Below, in pieces: positions 19,079 through 28,929 of a stretch of DNA of 64,000 nt. Source of the DNA: an uncultured delta proteobacterium (GTDB lineage Bacteria; Myxococcota_A; Polyangia; Polyangiales; Polyangiaceae); assembly GCA_963716725.1 (NCBI GenBank), contig CAVQUB010000013.1, forward strand, positions 352,001 to 416,000. Direction: 5' to 3'. Made by a program: the position numbers and the translations under genes. The notes beneath the pieces are model-generated. The model was not told where the DNA came from and did no database searches. It saw nothing but the letters and a program-made list of their open reading frames with translations. The number at the start of each line of letters is the position of its first letter. The stretch's first letter is position 1.

Positions 19079-20689
19079 TCACACGCCGTCGGCGGCGAGG
19101 GAGTCGAGCACGTTCTCCCGCGGACGCACGTGGAAGAGCAGACTGCGGAGCGGAGCCTCCGCCATGATTCCCTCCCAGGTTCGACGCCGCGGCCGCTTCA
19201 TCTGATCGGCGAGCGCGTCGGGAAAGCCCGTCAAGGGATCGATGTCCTCGATCAGGATCGCGTGCTGATGGATCAAGCCATCGGCCTTCTTGCCCTGAAT
19301 GGCCACCACGTCACCGGGAAGGAAGAGATCGGCGGCGGCGACGAGCGAGCGAAAGAAACGCGATCGTTCCCCAAAGGCGACGCGCTCCTCGGGCTCGAGG
19401 CGCCGATGCTCGAAGAGCTCGGGATGCTCCGAGGCGAACTTCTCGAAGGCGAGCACGGATCGTCGGTTCACGATCCCCAGCTGGTCGAAGTCCAAGCCTC
19501 CCACCTTGCGCCCGAGCTCTGCGCCCCGAGCCGAGAACCAGGTCCCGGAGGCGCGCTCGAAGCTGTCGAGCACGAAGTCCACGCACATCTGTGGCGGCAG
19601 GGGTCGCCCGCGGCTGTCGAAGACCGGATAGCTCTGTTCCTCGTGGCTGAAATAGGGCTGTCCGCGCTGATACGCCCAGCGCCACGCCGGCCGCAGCTGC
19701 CCGTCGCGCTCGGCGGTCTTTTCGTCTTTGGGTCGGTCGAAGGGCACGGCTTCCGCCACTTGTTCGTCGATGGCCGTCCGCAAACGAGCCAGGGCGGCCC
19801 GCCGTCGCGTGCCCGCGCTTCGAATGCGAGCGATCTGCTCGCGCTCGCTCTTTGGAGCGTCGTGACAGGCGATCGACAGCGCCGCTCCCTTGGACTCGAG
19901 CAGGGTCTTCACCCACACCTCTCCGAAGCGGAGCTCGGCCAAGAGGGCCTTCGAGGTGCGCCGGGAGATGCGCGCTCGCAAAAAACCCGCCTCGCGCCCC
20001 AACGCCCGGAGGTCCCGGTGAAGCGGCTCACCCAACTCGGTCTTCCGTACCGCCACGCGATCCCCGAGCAGCAGTTCGCCCGGGCGTCCGTCGGCGGACC
20101 GATAGCTGGCGAAGCGCCCCGCGCTGCGCCGCAGCTCGAAGGTAGTAGCGCCGCGCTGAACTACGATCTCGGGTTCGTCGAAGAGGGCCGTCAGCTCGAT
20201 CATCGTCACCAGGGCGAGGGCCTCGTGCGGATGCCTCGAGTAGAGGTAGCCCTCGCGCAGCAAGAGCGCCCGCAAGGTGGCTCGGTCACCGCGGTGGCGC
20301 GTGAGCGCGTTCTTCACGCTGGACGGCCCCGGCTTCTTCGCCAGCGCCTCAGCCGTGCTTCGCGCGCCGGCCGGGAGCGCGCGCGCGTCGCTGCGCTCGG
20401 GCTCACGGAGCCAGATCAACGGCTCGCCGCGAGCGCGACCCAGGATCTCGATGCGAGCCTCGTCGATCGCCGGAGCTCCCGGGAGCTCCGCTTCGGTCGC
20501 GAGAGAAGCGAGCCGGCTGCGACAGGCGTCGAGTTCGACGTCCCGCGGCGCTTCGGCCGGCGCCGGCGCCGCGCTGGGAATCGGCGAGGGAGCTGCGGAG
20601 GTCCGCCCGCAACCAGCGAGCATGAACCAGACTAGGACGACGCCGGCGCGCATCTTCGCCCATGCTAACGCCAGAACGGACCCGCGCAT
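19079..20689 (-). CDS. Hypothetical lipoprotein with possible NlpC/P60 (DUF1287-like) C-terminal domain
   Basis: Lipobox LAGC; CVDFV, NRRSV, PGDVV, HAILI. Confidence 0.55.
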   Translation of the reverse strand: MRGSVLALAWAKMRAGVVLVWFMLAGCGRTSAAPSPIPSAAPAPAEAPRDVELDACRSRLASLATEAELPGAPAIDEARIEILGRARGEPLIWLREPERSDARALPAGARSTAEALAKKPGPSSVKNALTRHRGDRATLRALLLREGYLYSRHPHEALALVTMIELTALFDEPEIVVQRGATTFELRRSAGRFASYRSADGRPGELLLGDRVAVRKTELGEPLHRDLRALGREAGFLRARISRRTSKALLAELRFGEVWVKTLLESKGAALSIACHDAPKSEREQIARIRSAGTRRRAALARLRTAIDEQVAEAVPFDRPKDEKTAERDGQLRPAWRWAYQRGQPYFSHEEQSYPVFDSRGRPLPPQMCVDFVLDSFERASGTWFSARGAELGRKVGGLDFDQLGIVNRRSVLAFEKFASEHPELFEHRRLEPEERVAFGERSRFFRSLVAAADLFLPGDVVAIQGKKADGLIHQHAILIEDIDPLTGFPDALADQMKRPRRRTWEGIMAEAPLRSLLFHVRPRENVLDSLAADGV

Positions 20690-20732
20690 TCACTTTGCCG
20701 CAGGATCCGAGTAGGTTTCGGCGCTGGCGCTC

Positions 20733-22562
20733 ATGAGAACTCTGACTCGGGGATGGTTGGCGGGCGCCGGGGCGCTCGCGTTGGTGGCCGCAGGCGCGCT
20801 TTCGTGCAGCGATGGCGAAGAGGGAGGCGAGGCTGCGACCAGCTCATCGGGAGGCGGCGCGGGCGGGAGCGGCGGCGCGGCGGGAGCGGCCGGGCTCGCG
20901 GGGGCCGGCGCGTCGACCGGTCAAGTCTGCGGCAACGGGAAGCTCGAGGGCGAGGAGGAGTGCGACGACGGCAATTTCGTCGGGGCCGACGGCTGCGAAA
21001 ACAACTGCGACGTCACCTGCAAGTCGGCAGGCGACTGCGATGACGCGGATCCCTGCACGGGAACCGAGGCCTGCGGCGCCAACCACGCCTGCAGCGCCGG
21101 CACTCCGCTGTCGGACGGTACGGCCTGCGGGGAGGGGCTGGTCTGCGTGAACGGCAACTGCGCCACGCCTCAATGCGGCGACGGCCAGAAGCAGATCGGC
21201 GAGGAGTGCGACGACGGCAACGCCCTGAGTGGAGACGGCTGCGACTTCTGCAAATTCTCGTGCGTGTCGACGGACGCCCTTCGAGATTGCACGAAGAGCG
21301 GTGACTCCTGCGCCGGAACGAACGCCTGTGACGACGTCAAGCACACCTGCACCGCCGGCGCGAAGCTCAGCGAGGGCGCGGCCTGTGGCGCCGGCACCGG
21401 CAAGTGCCTGGGCGGCATCTGCACGCTCCTCAGCTGCGGCAACGCGCAACTCGACTCCGGCGAAGAGTGCGACCCACCGGCAGCCGGCACTTGCAGCGCG
21501 CAATGCCAGAAGGTCGTCACGCCCGTCTGCGGCAATGGGACCATCGAGCCACCGGAGCACTGCGACGATCAGGCCACGGCAAACTTGGACGGCTGCGGCG
21601 CAAAGTGCGCCTACGAGATGGTGCTCCGCATGATCGATCTCGACATTCGCGGCGGCCCGGCCCCGAGCTTCTGCAGCGTCACCAAGAACCAGCTGGGGAA
21701 TGTGGCGCTGACACCGACCGCGCTCAGCACCCTGAACAACGATTTGCAGAAGGGCATCGACAGCGGCGGCACGAACATCATGCTGCAGCTGCTCGGCCTC
21801 GACGAACTCACCGGCACTGCAGATGCCTCCATCGAGATCGGCGTGCTCTCGGGCGAACTCGACAAGGCCAAGGGCACGTGGCCAATCGACGGCACGAACC
21901 CCATCGACTGGTGGTTCTCCATCGACCAAAAGGGGGTCGACGCCAGCGGGCTTCCGACGGGCAAGATCGGCGCAGGATCGATCCTCGCGAAGGTGCTCAC
22001 CGCGGGGCCCAGCACCATCGACCTCGCGCTGACGCTCGGTGGCAGCGCCGCGGTGCTCGGAATGCGTGACGCAAAATTGCGCGCTGCCGCCAGCGGCGCA
22101 CCGGACGTCCCCGCACCTCCGCCGGCCTCCCTCGCCGCAGGGCTCGCCGTATTCGGCGAGCTGCTGTCGAACCAAAGTAGCCAGGGCTTGTGCGGCAACG
22201 TGACCGTGAGCTCGCTCGCCAAGATCCCGATCCCCGAGACGCTCACGGTCGGCTTCGCCGCCTGCCAGGAGTGCCCCGGATCCAAGAAGTACAAGTTCTG
22301 CGGCAAGGACCAGCCCGTCAGCGACAGCTGCAATTCGTTGCTCGATGCGCTGGTCGGCGGTTGCAAGGGCTTCAACTGCGCCCTGACCACCGTCAACCCC
22401 ACGCAACCCGACGTGGCCAAGCCCGCGGGAAAGCTCACGCTGCTCGAGAATCAAGGGGCGCTGAACAAGATCCCGAGCGCCGACGCGACCGACAACCTCG
22501 ACGCGTACTCGGCGTTCCTGTCGTTCCGCGCGCGCCGCGCGCACATCACCGCGAAGCACTGA
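20733..22562 (+). CDS. Lipoprotein with myxobacterial Cys-rich (DUF4215-type) repeats
   Basis: Lipobox ALSC, Gly linker, repeated CGNG..E.CDDGN...DGC units. Confidence 0.85.
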   Translation: MRTLTRGWLAGAGALALVAAGALSCSDGEEGGEAATSSSGGGAGGSGGAAGAAGLAGAGASTGQVCGNGKLEGEEECDDGNFVGADGCENNCDVTCKSAGDCDDADPCTGTEACGANHACSAGTPLSDGTACGEGLVCVNGNCATPQCGDGQKQIGEECDDGNALSGDGCDFCKFSCVSTDALRDCTKSGDSCAGTNACDDVKHTCTAGAKLSEGAACGAGTGKCLGGICTLLSCGNAQLDSGEECDPPAAGTCSAQCQKVVTPVCGNGTIEPPEHCDDQATANLDGCGAKCAYEMVLRMIDLDIRGGPAPSFCSVTKNQLGNVALTPTALSTLNNDLQKGIDSGGTNIMLQLLGLDELTGTADASIEIGVLSGELDKAKGTWPIDGTNPIDWWFSIDQKGVDASGLPTGKIGAGSILAKVLTAGPSTIDLALTLGGSAAVLGMRDAKLRAAASGAPDVPAPPPASLAAGLAVFGELLSNQSSQGLCGNVTVSSLAKIPIPETLTVGFAACQECPGSKKYKFCGKDQPVSDSCNSLLDALVGGCKGFNCALTTVNPTQPDVAKPAGKLTLLENQGALNKIPSADATDNLDAYSAFLSFRARRAHITAKH

Positions 22563-22577
22563 GCGACTGCGGGGCGT

Positions 22578-22952
22578 CTAACCGTGCTCGAGACGCGCAC
22601 GCAGCTCCGCGGCCTCGCTCACGAGTTCGTGGGGTCGGGCGTGATCGAGCAGGGCGCAGGCCCGCTTCTTGTGCTGCTTGGCTCCGCGGCTGTCGCCCTT
22701 TGCTTCGAGCACGATGGCTCGATGCTCGAGCATTAGCGCAGCGAGCACGACCTTGTCACCGCTGCCGATCACCAGCGCGGCGGACCGAGCGTCGAACAGC
22801 TCGATGCCCCGCGGCAGAGCGAGGGCCTGCTCGGCCAAAGTGAGCTCCGCCTCGGCCTCGCCCGGCTGCCCCTCGCGTGCGAGCTTGGCCGCGCGCGCCA
22901 GGGCCTGAGTGAGCTGCTCGATCAGCCGACCGATGTAGTCCTGGCGAAGCAC
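22578..22952 (-). CDS. Hypothetical helical protein (DUF6483-like)
   Basis: Start MLRQDYIGRLIEQL; 124 aa. Confidence 0.55.
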   Translation of the reverse strand: MLRQDYIGRLIEQLTQALARAAKLAREGQPGEAEAELTLAEQALALPRGIELFDARSAALVIGSGDKVVLAALMLEHRAIVLEAKGDSRGAKQHKKRACALLDHARPHELVSEAAELRARLEHG

Positions 22953-23024
22953 GCCCCCAGCGTAGCTCAGTCTCGGCGGCCCGGTCGGGCCCTCGACCCG
23001 ACGGCCGGTCTCGGCCTAAGCTCG

Positions 23025-23747
23025 GTGGGCGTGGGGCATTTTGTCGTGAATTCGCCCTGGCTCGGCCGCTTCGCGGGCGCGCTGCTGCTGCTCGGCGTCA
23101 CCTCGTCCGCGGGGGCGGATCTGGCGCCACCGCCTGGCGCCAAAATCACGCTCGAGCTCAGCGTGGACGGACAGTCGTCGCTCTCTCACCTGCGCTTCTT
23201 CGTGACCAACTGCAAAGAGCCCGTCGAAGAGTCGGTGCTGGAGGCGGACAAGCCACTGATCTGCAACCCGGAGCGCGGACCCGTGCGCGTCATCGGCCTC
23301 AAGGAGGGCGATCTGATCGATCTCTTCGCGCTCATCCGTCGGGACGCCGGGCGCGCAGAGTCGGCGATCTTCCTCTCGCAGAAGGTCAAGACCTGCGGGG
23401 AGATCGAAGAGCGGGATCGCAACTTCTCCCAGGTGTCGCAGGTCACCTTGGTGCAGGCTCGATACGCCATCGCGCCTCATGGCAAGGACGGCTGCAAGCT
23501 GACGCGCATCTCGGCCACCACCAAGACCAAGGCCGATCTCCAAGCAGCGAGCAAACCGACGCCACCCACGCCCACTCCGCCGGCCTCCTCCGTGGCGCCC
23601 CCCGCGCCGACGGCGGCCCAGAAGTCCGACTGCGACTGCCGCGCAGCGCCCGGGGGTCGCGGCGATCTCGGGCTCGGCTGGCTGACCTCGATGTTGGTGC
23701 TCGCGATCACTCGAAGTCGTGCCGCGCGCCCGCGTCAGACGCGCTGA
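23025..23747 (+). CDS. Secreted protein with MYXO-CTERM-like sorting tail
   Basis: Signal peptide, Pro-rich linker, SDCDCRAAPG + hydrophobic stretch + Arg-rich end. Confidence 0.7.
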   Translation: MGVGHFVVNSPWLGRFAGALLLLGVTSSAGADLAPPPGAKITLELSVDGQSSLSHLRFFVTNCKEPVEESVLEADKPLICNPERGPVRVIGLKEGDLIDLFALIRRDAGRAESAIFLSQKVKTCGEIEERDRNFSQVSQVTLVQARYAIAPHGKDGCKLTRISATTKTKADLQAASKPTPPTPTPPASSVAPPAPTAAQKSDCDCRAAPGGRGDLGLGWLTSMLVLAITRSRAARPRQTR

Positions 23748-23893
23748 ATCGTCGCCGAGATCAGCATCCACGCCGCCAACGCGAGCAGCACCCAACCGAC
23801 GATGCGCACCCCTCTCGTGATGTGCTGTCGGCCGAAGCGCTCGCGGTGGCGTTCAGCCAGCGCTGCCACGCCCACGAACCAGATCACGGCCAT
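23735..23893 (-). pseudogene. Possible remnant of a LysE-family translocator C-terminus
   Basis: 52 aa with two TMs, WFVGVAALAERHRERFG..ITRGVRIVGWVL; no N-terminal part. Confidence 0.35.
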
Positions 23894-23894
23894 C

Positions 23895-24653
23895 CTACCC
23901 GGCGCTGATCCGCACGACGCCGTCGTCGATGCGTTGCTGGAGCGCAACCTGAGTCGCTCGGCGCGCCGCACCGAGCGCGCGAACCCCGTCTTGGAGACGG
24001 AAGGGTCCCGAACGAGGCAAGCCGTCGAGCACCAACGCCACGAGACCCGGGCGCTTCGGCGGCACCAGGCTCTTGTCGCCCTTGCCGCGCCAGGGCGAGC
24101 GCGACGCGAGGTGATGGTGGAGCACGCGCCGACCGCTGGGCACACCCTCGAGACCGGGGCGGTCCAGGATGCCGCCATCGAGCAAGGGGCGCCCGCCGTG
24201 CCAGGTGGGCTGAAACAACAAAGGCACGGTGCAGCTCGCTTGGATCGCGGGTGCGATCTTTCCGTGGTTGAGCACCCGCGTCGATCGTGAGTACAGATCG
24301 AAGACCGACACGGCCAGCGGCACGCGGCACCCCGAGAAGTGTTCGACCCGCAGCAGGGAGTCGATGCGCGCGCGAAAGCGTCGACCGCGAAGCAACCCCA
24401 GCCCCGGCCAGGGGTCCCAGAAGTCCTCCCGCCGGAGACGCGTGAGCTCGACTTCGAGGGCCGGCGCGTCGATGCCCGAAGCCCAGAGTCCGGCCACCAG
24501 CGCACCGGCGCTCGAGCCCGCGACCTCTGCGGGAAGGACGCCAGCCTCCTCGAGAGCCGCGAGCATGCCGGTGTGCGCAAAGAATCCGAAGAATCCGCTG
24601 GACATCGCCAGCGAAAACGGACCTTCGGCGAGCCAGTCGCGGAGCGTGATCAT
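23895..24653 (-). CDS. Patatin-like phospholipase
   Basis: SSGFFGFFAH, GSSAG nucleophile motif, DGG. Confidence 0.9.
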   Translation of the reverse strand: MITLRDWLAEGPFSLAMSSGFFGFFAHTGMLAALEEAGVLPAEVAGSSAGALVAGLWASGIDAPALEVELTRLRREDFWDPWPGLGLLRGRRFRARIDSLLRVEHFSGCRVPLAVSVFDLYSRSTRVLNHGKIAPAIQASCTVPLLFQPTWHGGRPLLDGGILDRPGLEGVPSGRRVLHHHLASRSPWRGKGDKSLVPPKRPGLVALVLDGLPRSGPFRLQDGVRALGAARRATQVALQQRIDDGVVRISAG

Positions 24654-24744
24654 GCGCGGGAGTGGACTACACTAGCCACTCAATCGCGCTGAGGCCACGT
24701 CGTCGGCTCGACCCTGCGCGGCTCGCAGCAGAACCGAGCTTTCG

Positions 24745-25200
24745 ATGCTGAAGAAACTGCTGTTCACCACCTCGCCGCGCAACCTCAATCTCGCGCTGCT
24801 CTTGCTCCGCCTCGGCTTCGGCGCCTCGATGGCGCTTGCACATGGTCTCGGCAAGGTGAAAGACCTCGCTGGTTTCACGGCGGGCGTGGCCGCTCGCGGG
24901 GTTCCGATTCCGGAGCTCCTGGGTCCGGCGGCCGCGCTCAGCGAGCTGGTTGGTGGCCTCTTGCTCGCGCTCGGCTTGCTCACACGCCCCGCAGCCGGGT
25001 TCGTGCTGGCAACCATGGCGGTGGCAGCCTTCCACGTGCATGGCAACGACCCCTTCGCGCGCAAGGAGCTCGCGCTCGCCCACGGCCTGGTCGCTCTGGC
25101 CATCGCCATCGGAGGGCCAGGACGCTTCAGCTTGGACGCACGGCTATTCGGTCAACCCGGCTTGCCGTCGACCCGCGGCGCCAGCAGCATCGGCACGTAG
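24745..25200 (+). CDS. DoxX family membrane protein
   Basis: LLLLRLGFG..HGLGK, ELVGGLLLALGLLTR, GPGRFSLD. Confidence 0.9.
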   Translation: MLKKLLFTTSPRNLNLALLLLRLGFGASMALAHGLGKVKDLAGFTAGVAARGVPIPELLGPAAALSELVGGLLLALGLLTRPAAGFVLATMAVAAFHVHGNDPFARKELALAHGLVALAIAIGGPGRFSLDARLFGQPGLPSTRGASSIGT

Positions 25201-26366
25201 ACGACCAGATAGGCGAGGAACGCCAGAGCGAAGAGCACACCCGCGGTCGTCATCGAGTGCCGGTACGCGACGTTGCCCCCGAGCGGACCGAACACCCGCA
25301 GCAGCGCCGCCACGACCACTGCACCGAAGGCGACGCTGATCACGGGCTTCACCGCCAGCATGCGCCCGGTGTGCCCCAGGGACACTCTCGCCATCATGCC
25401 GAGGGTCAGCGAGCCGATGGCGCCGGCGGTGAACGCATGGAGGGCTGCGCTCGCGGTGAACGCAGGAGTGACCGCCATGCTGGCGCGCAGCAGAAAGCCC
25501 AGGGCGATGAACCCGTGCCCCAGGTGCAAGATCCACAGCAGCGGACTGCGGAAGGTGTGCAGCGTGCCCCAGGTCAGACTCCGGGCCAGCACCAAAATGC
25601 CGGCCAGCGCGGCCAGCGCGCCCACGATTCGTTCGTCGAACGAGGCGAGATCCGCCAGCGCCGCCGCGACGACCCCGGCGATCGCCGCGGTATCGAGCCG
25701 AGGCTGATTGCGAATGGTCTGCTGATCCGTCGCGTTCCTGGTGAACATCGGCACGACGCGGGCCGTCATCACCACGATCATGGCGATGATCACATAGGTC
25801 GCGAGCCACGCCCCTTTGCGCGACCCCTCAGCCCAGATGCCGAGCGATCCGAGATGCATGGCTAGGTTGCCCAAGAAGAGCAGCGAAAGCATGACGACGA
25901 ACTGATAGTTTCGTTGATTCCGCGCGGTGACGATCGGCCTCGCGCACGCCCATGCCAAGAGTGGGAGAAAGGCGAGGTCGACCGCGGCGGGCACGAAGCG
26001 CGGCAAGCGATCCGCCACCAGCGGTGCGACGCGGCCGGCGAGCCACACCGCTGCCAGAACCGCCAAGAGCCTTCCAGTGGCGGTCTCCCGCGAGGTCCAG
26101 TTGCCGATCGCGGTGAGCAGAAACCCAGCGATCACCGCCAGGGCGAAGCCAAAGAGCATCTCGTGCGCGTGCCAGAAGGTAGCGCCGAAATACGCTCCCG
26201 GATTCATCCCGCCCCGCAGCGCGAGCACCCAGATCGGCATCACGACCGCGGCCTGAGCCGCTGCGAGCAAGAAGAATGGGCGAAAGCCCTTGGCAAGGAT
26301 TGCGGGCTTGACCAGCGGAGTTGCCGGCCCCGACTGGAGGAGGGAACGTTGCACCACGGGCCGCAT
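25152..26366 (-). CDS. nnrS: NnrS family protein (nitrosative stress)
   Basis: GFRPFFL, WHAHEMLFGF, GFLLTAIGNWT, RVSLGHTGR, PRVDGKPG. Confidence 0.95.
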   Translation of the reverse strand: MRPVVQRSLLQSGPATPLVKPAILAKGFRPFFLLAAAQAAVVMPIWVLALRGGMNPGAYFGATFWHAHEMLFGFALAVIAGFLLTAIGNWTSRETATGRLLAVLAAVWLAGRVAPLVADRLPRFVPAAVDLAFLPLLAWACARPIVTARNQRNYQFVVMLSLLFLGNLAMHLGSLGIWAEGSRKGAWLATYVIIAMIVVMTARVVPMFTRNATDQQTIRNQPRLDTAAIAGVVAAALADLASFDERIVGALAALAGILVLARSLTWGTLHTFRSPLLWILHLGHGFIALGFLLRASMAVTPAFTASAALHAFTAGAIGSLTLGMMARVSLGHTGRMLAVKPVISVAFGAVVVAALLRVFGPLGGNVAYRHSMTTAGVLFALAFLAYLVVYVPMLLAPRVDGKPG

Positions 26367-26411
26367 GTAGCGCCAGAGCCTGGCCGAGCCAAGCCCCCTG
26401 CGGGAAGACGC

Positions 26412-28280
26412 TCAGTCCATCACCCGGAGCCGCAGCTTGCCATCGACCGACGACTCCTTGGGGGTGACCACGGAGAGCGGGTCATCGGACAGCGGAAGTC
26501 GTTGGTTTTTGGCGTACACCGGGTGCTTGCCGTGCTTGCGGGACCACTCGGCGACGCTGGCGGTGCGGTACATCTTCTCGACGACCTGGCGCCAGCCGAC
26601 CCCGGTGTTGTAGGCGCAAAACGGAATCTCCCCCAGCTGGGTGCCGTAGGGGATGATGCACATCTCGGTGCGGCGGAAGTCGTAGTTGAAGAGATCTTGG
26701 AAGTGCATGCCGGCGACGAACAAGAAGCGCCAATCGAACGCGCTCGCGTCGCCCTCGGTGGCGCCGACGCGGCCACCCCGCGCGCCCATTTGGCTCAGCA
26801 CCTGACGCACGAGGGTCGACAACTCGAAACCCTCCGGTGCGCGCTCGGGACGGAAGTTGCGCAGCAGCGCCAGTCCCACCTCCGCCAACGTGCGCTTGGG
26901 TCCGAGCCCGGCGTCGGCCACCAAGACCAAGTCGCGGAGCAGGCGCGGGAGATCCATGATCTCTGCTACGGGCACCATCTGCTTGGTGCGCTTGTTGACC
27001 AACAGCACGGTGCCGATGCCGCAGTCGGGGTGGCAGCCGCATTTGAGTGAGCCAAACTCGGCGTCGGCGCCCAGCGTCAGGTCGACCACGTCGCTGAAGG
27101 GATTCATGGCCGAGAGGGGGAACCAATCGCGGAGCGGCTCGGTCGCGCCGAGTTGCTCTTGGAGATCTCGGGCGAGATGACTCAGGGTGTAGCGCTGTGC
27201 GCGTCGTGTCGCGTCGTCGACGTCTTCGTCGCGTCCGGTGAAGCTGATGGGCTGGAACGACACGACCGTCACTTTGTCGGCATTTTCGATGGCAAAGCGC
27301 ACGATGCGCCCGACCTCTGCGTGGTTGACCCCGCGCACGACGGTCACCACCAACACCACGTCGATGCCGGCGGCCGCGAGGTTCTCGATGGCGCGCAGCT
27401 TCACGTCGTAGAGGTTGTCGATCTTGCGATGCGAGTTTGCTTCGTTGCCGACACCGTCGAACTGGAGGTAGGCGAGCCGGAGACCTGCGGCCTTGGCCTG
27501 CCGGCAGAACTCCGGATCTTGCGCGAAGCGGATGCCGTTGGTAGCGCACTGCACGCAAAAATATCCGAGGTCTCGCGCGTAGCGGACGCTGTCGATGAAC
27601 GCTGGGTGCAGCGTGGGCTCGCCGCCTGAAAACTGCACGCTGAGCTGACGCTTTGGCTTCACCGTGAGCGCGTCGTCCAATATGCGGCGCACTTCGTCGA
27701 AGGAGAGCTCGTGCACGTAGCCAACCTGGTTGGCGTCCATGAAGCACGGCTCGCACATCATGTTGCAGCGGTTGGTGAGGTCGACAGTGAGCACCGCGCC
27801 GCGACCGTACTTCACACTCGAGGTGCCGTGGTCACGCAGGCTGGTCTTGGGCGCCAGGTAGTCGCGCCCGGGAAACAAGCTCTCGATGCGCCTCAGGAAC
27901 TCGGCGTCTACGCTCAGCACCTCTTCGAAGCGCCCGTGCGCGGGGCACGTCTTGACCATCCAGACCTCACCGTCGCGCTCGACGATGTCGGCGGGGATCT
28001 CGCCGGGATGGTTGTGCAGGACGTCCAGGGGCCTCTGGCCCGAGACAACCGCCTTGCGCACCTCTCGGACGCAGGTCGGGCAGAGCGAGTCGGTGCGGCG
28101 GGGGAAACCGAGCGCAGGGAACGAGCGCTCGCCGGCGCGGATCAACGGCGCGGGGGCCCAGTTCGGCGTGAGCGAGTCGCCGCGCGCGCGGGCGTTGTAA
28201 GCGAGGACCAAGGGCCAGAGTCGGTTCGCGGCGGCGGCGGCCAGGGTCGCGGCGCGACGACTGAAAGTTGGAGCGGGCAT
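26412..28280 (-). CDS. Radical SAM enzyme, Tes/GDGT-MAS (MJ0619) family
   Basis: SLCPTC, KTCPAHG, DLTNRCNMMCEPCF, QFSGGEPT, YLQFDG, CHPDCG, MHFQD.FNYD, CIIPY..IPFCAYN. Confidence 0.8.
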   Translation of the reverse strand: MPAPTFSRRAATLAAAAANRLWPLVLAYNARARGDSLTPNWAPAPLIRAGERSFPALGFPRRTDSLCPTCVREVRKAVVSGQRPLDVLHNHPGEIPADIVERDGEVWMVKTCPAHGRFEEVLSVDAEFLRRIESLFPGRDYLAPKTSLRDHGTSSVKYGRGAVLTVDLTNRCNMMCEPCFMDANQVGYVHELSFDEVRRILDDALTVKPKRQLSVQFSGGEPTLHPAFIDSVRYARDLGYFCVQCATNGIRFAQDPEFCRQAKAAGLRLAYLQFDGVGNEANSHRKIDNLYDVKLRAIENLAAAGIDVVLVVTVVRGVNHAEVGRIVRFAIENADKVTVVSFQPISFTGRDEDVDDATRRAQRYTLSHLARDLQEQLGATEPLRDWFPLSAMNPFSDVVDLTLGADAEFGSLKCGCHPDCGIGTVLLVNKRTKQMVPVAEIMDLPRLLRDLVLVADAGLGPKRTLAEVGLALLRNFRPERAPEGFELSTLVRQVLSQMGARGGRVGATEGDASAFDWRFLFVAGMHFQDLFNYDFRRTEMCIIPYGTQLGEIPFCAYNTGVGWRQVVEKMYRTASVAEWSRKHGKHPVYAKNQRLPLSDDPLSVVTPKESSVDGKLRLRVMD

Positions 28281-28431
28281 CGAGCGGCGAACAATAGCAG
28301 ACGGGGCAGCGGCGGCGGGAGGACCGCGCCGGGTCGGAGCGCGCGGCTGGATCCCGCGGCTGATCCGCGCGGCCGGTTCCACATCGCCGGTGATTCCGAT
28401 AGCCTGCACGTGCCCAGTTCAAGGAGGGACC

Positions 28432-28857
28432 ATGTTCGACCAGGTCGAGCGGCAGGAGCTCAGCGCGGCGATCGCGGTGGCCGAAGAGGGACACCGCGGT
28501 GAGGTGCGCGTCCACCTCGAGCGCCGCTGTCCCGGACGCAACTCCCCCAGCGAGCGCGCCGAAGAGCTATTCACCGCATTCCGGATGGACCGCACGCGAG
28601 AGGACACCGCGGTGTTGCTCTACGTATCGTTCGACGATGGGCGTTCCGCCGTGCACGCGGGGTCCGGTGTGCGGCAGTCGGCAACACCCGACTACTGGCG
28701 GACCGTCGCCGAGGAGATCGAGCGCGGCTTTGCCATCGACGAACCGCTCGCCGGCCTGTGCGCGGCCATCGAACAGATCGGTGAGATGCTGCGCGTGTAC
28801 GCCCCAGGGGAAGACCTGGCGGGCAACGAGTTGCCGGACGCGATCACGATGTCGTGA
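28432..28857 (+). CDS. TPM domain protein
   Basis: AEEGHRGEVRVHLE, M.RTR..AVLLY, NELPDAI; GGAGG RBS. Confidence 0.85.
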   Translation: MFDQVERQELSAAIAVAEEGHRGEVRVHLERRCPGRNSPSERAEELFTAFRMDRTREDTAVLLYVSFDDGRSAVHAGSGVRQSATPDYWRTVAEEIERGFAIDEPLAGLCAAIEQIGEMLRVYAPGEDLAGNELPDAITMS

Positions 28858-28929
28858 GGCGCGGATCCGCCGCTCGACCATTCACCTCCAGCACCCCCGC
28901 GGAGCGATTGCGGGTAGAGTCGCGCCCGC

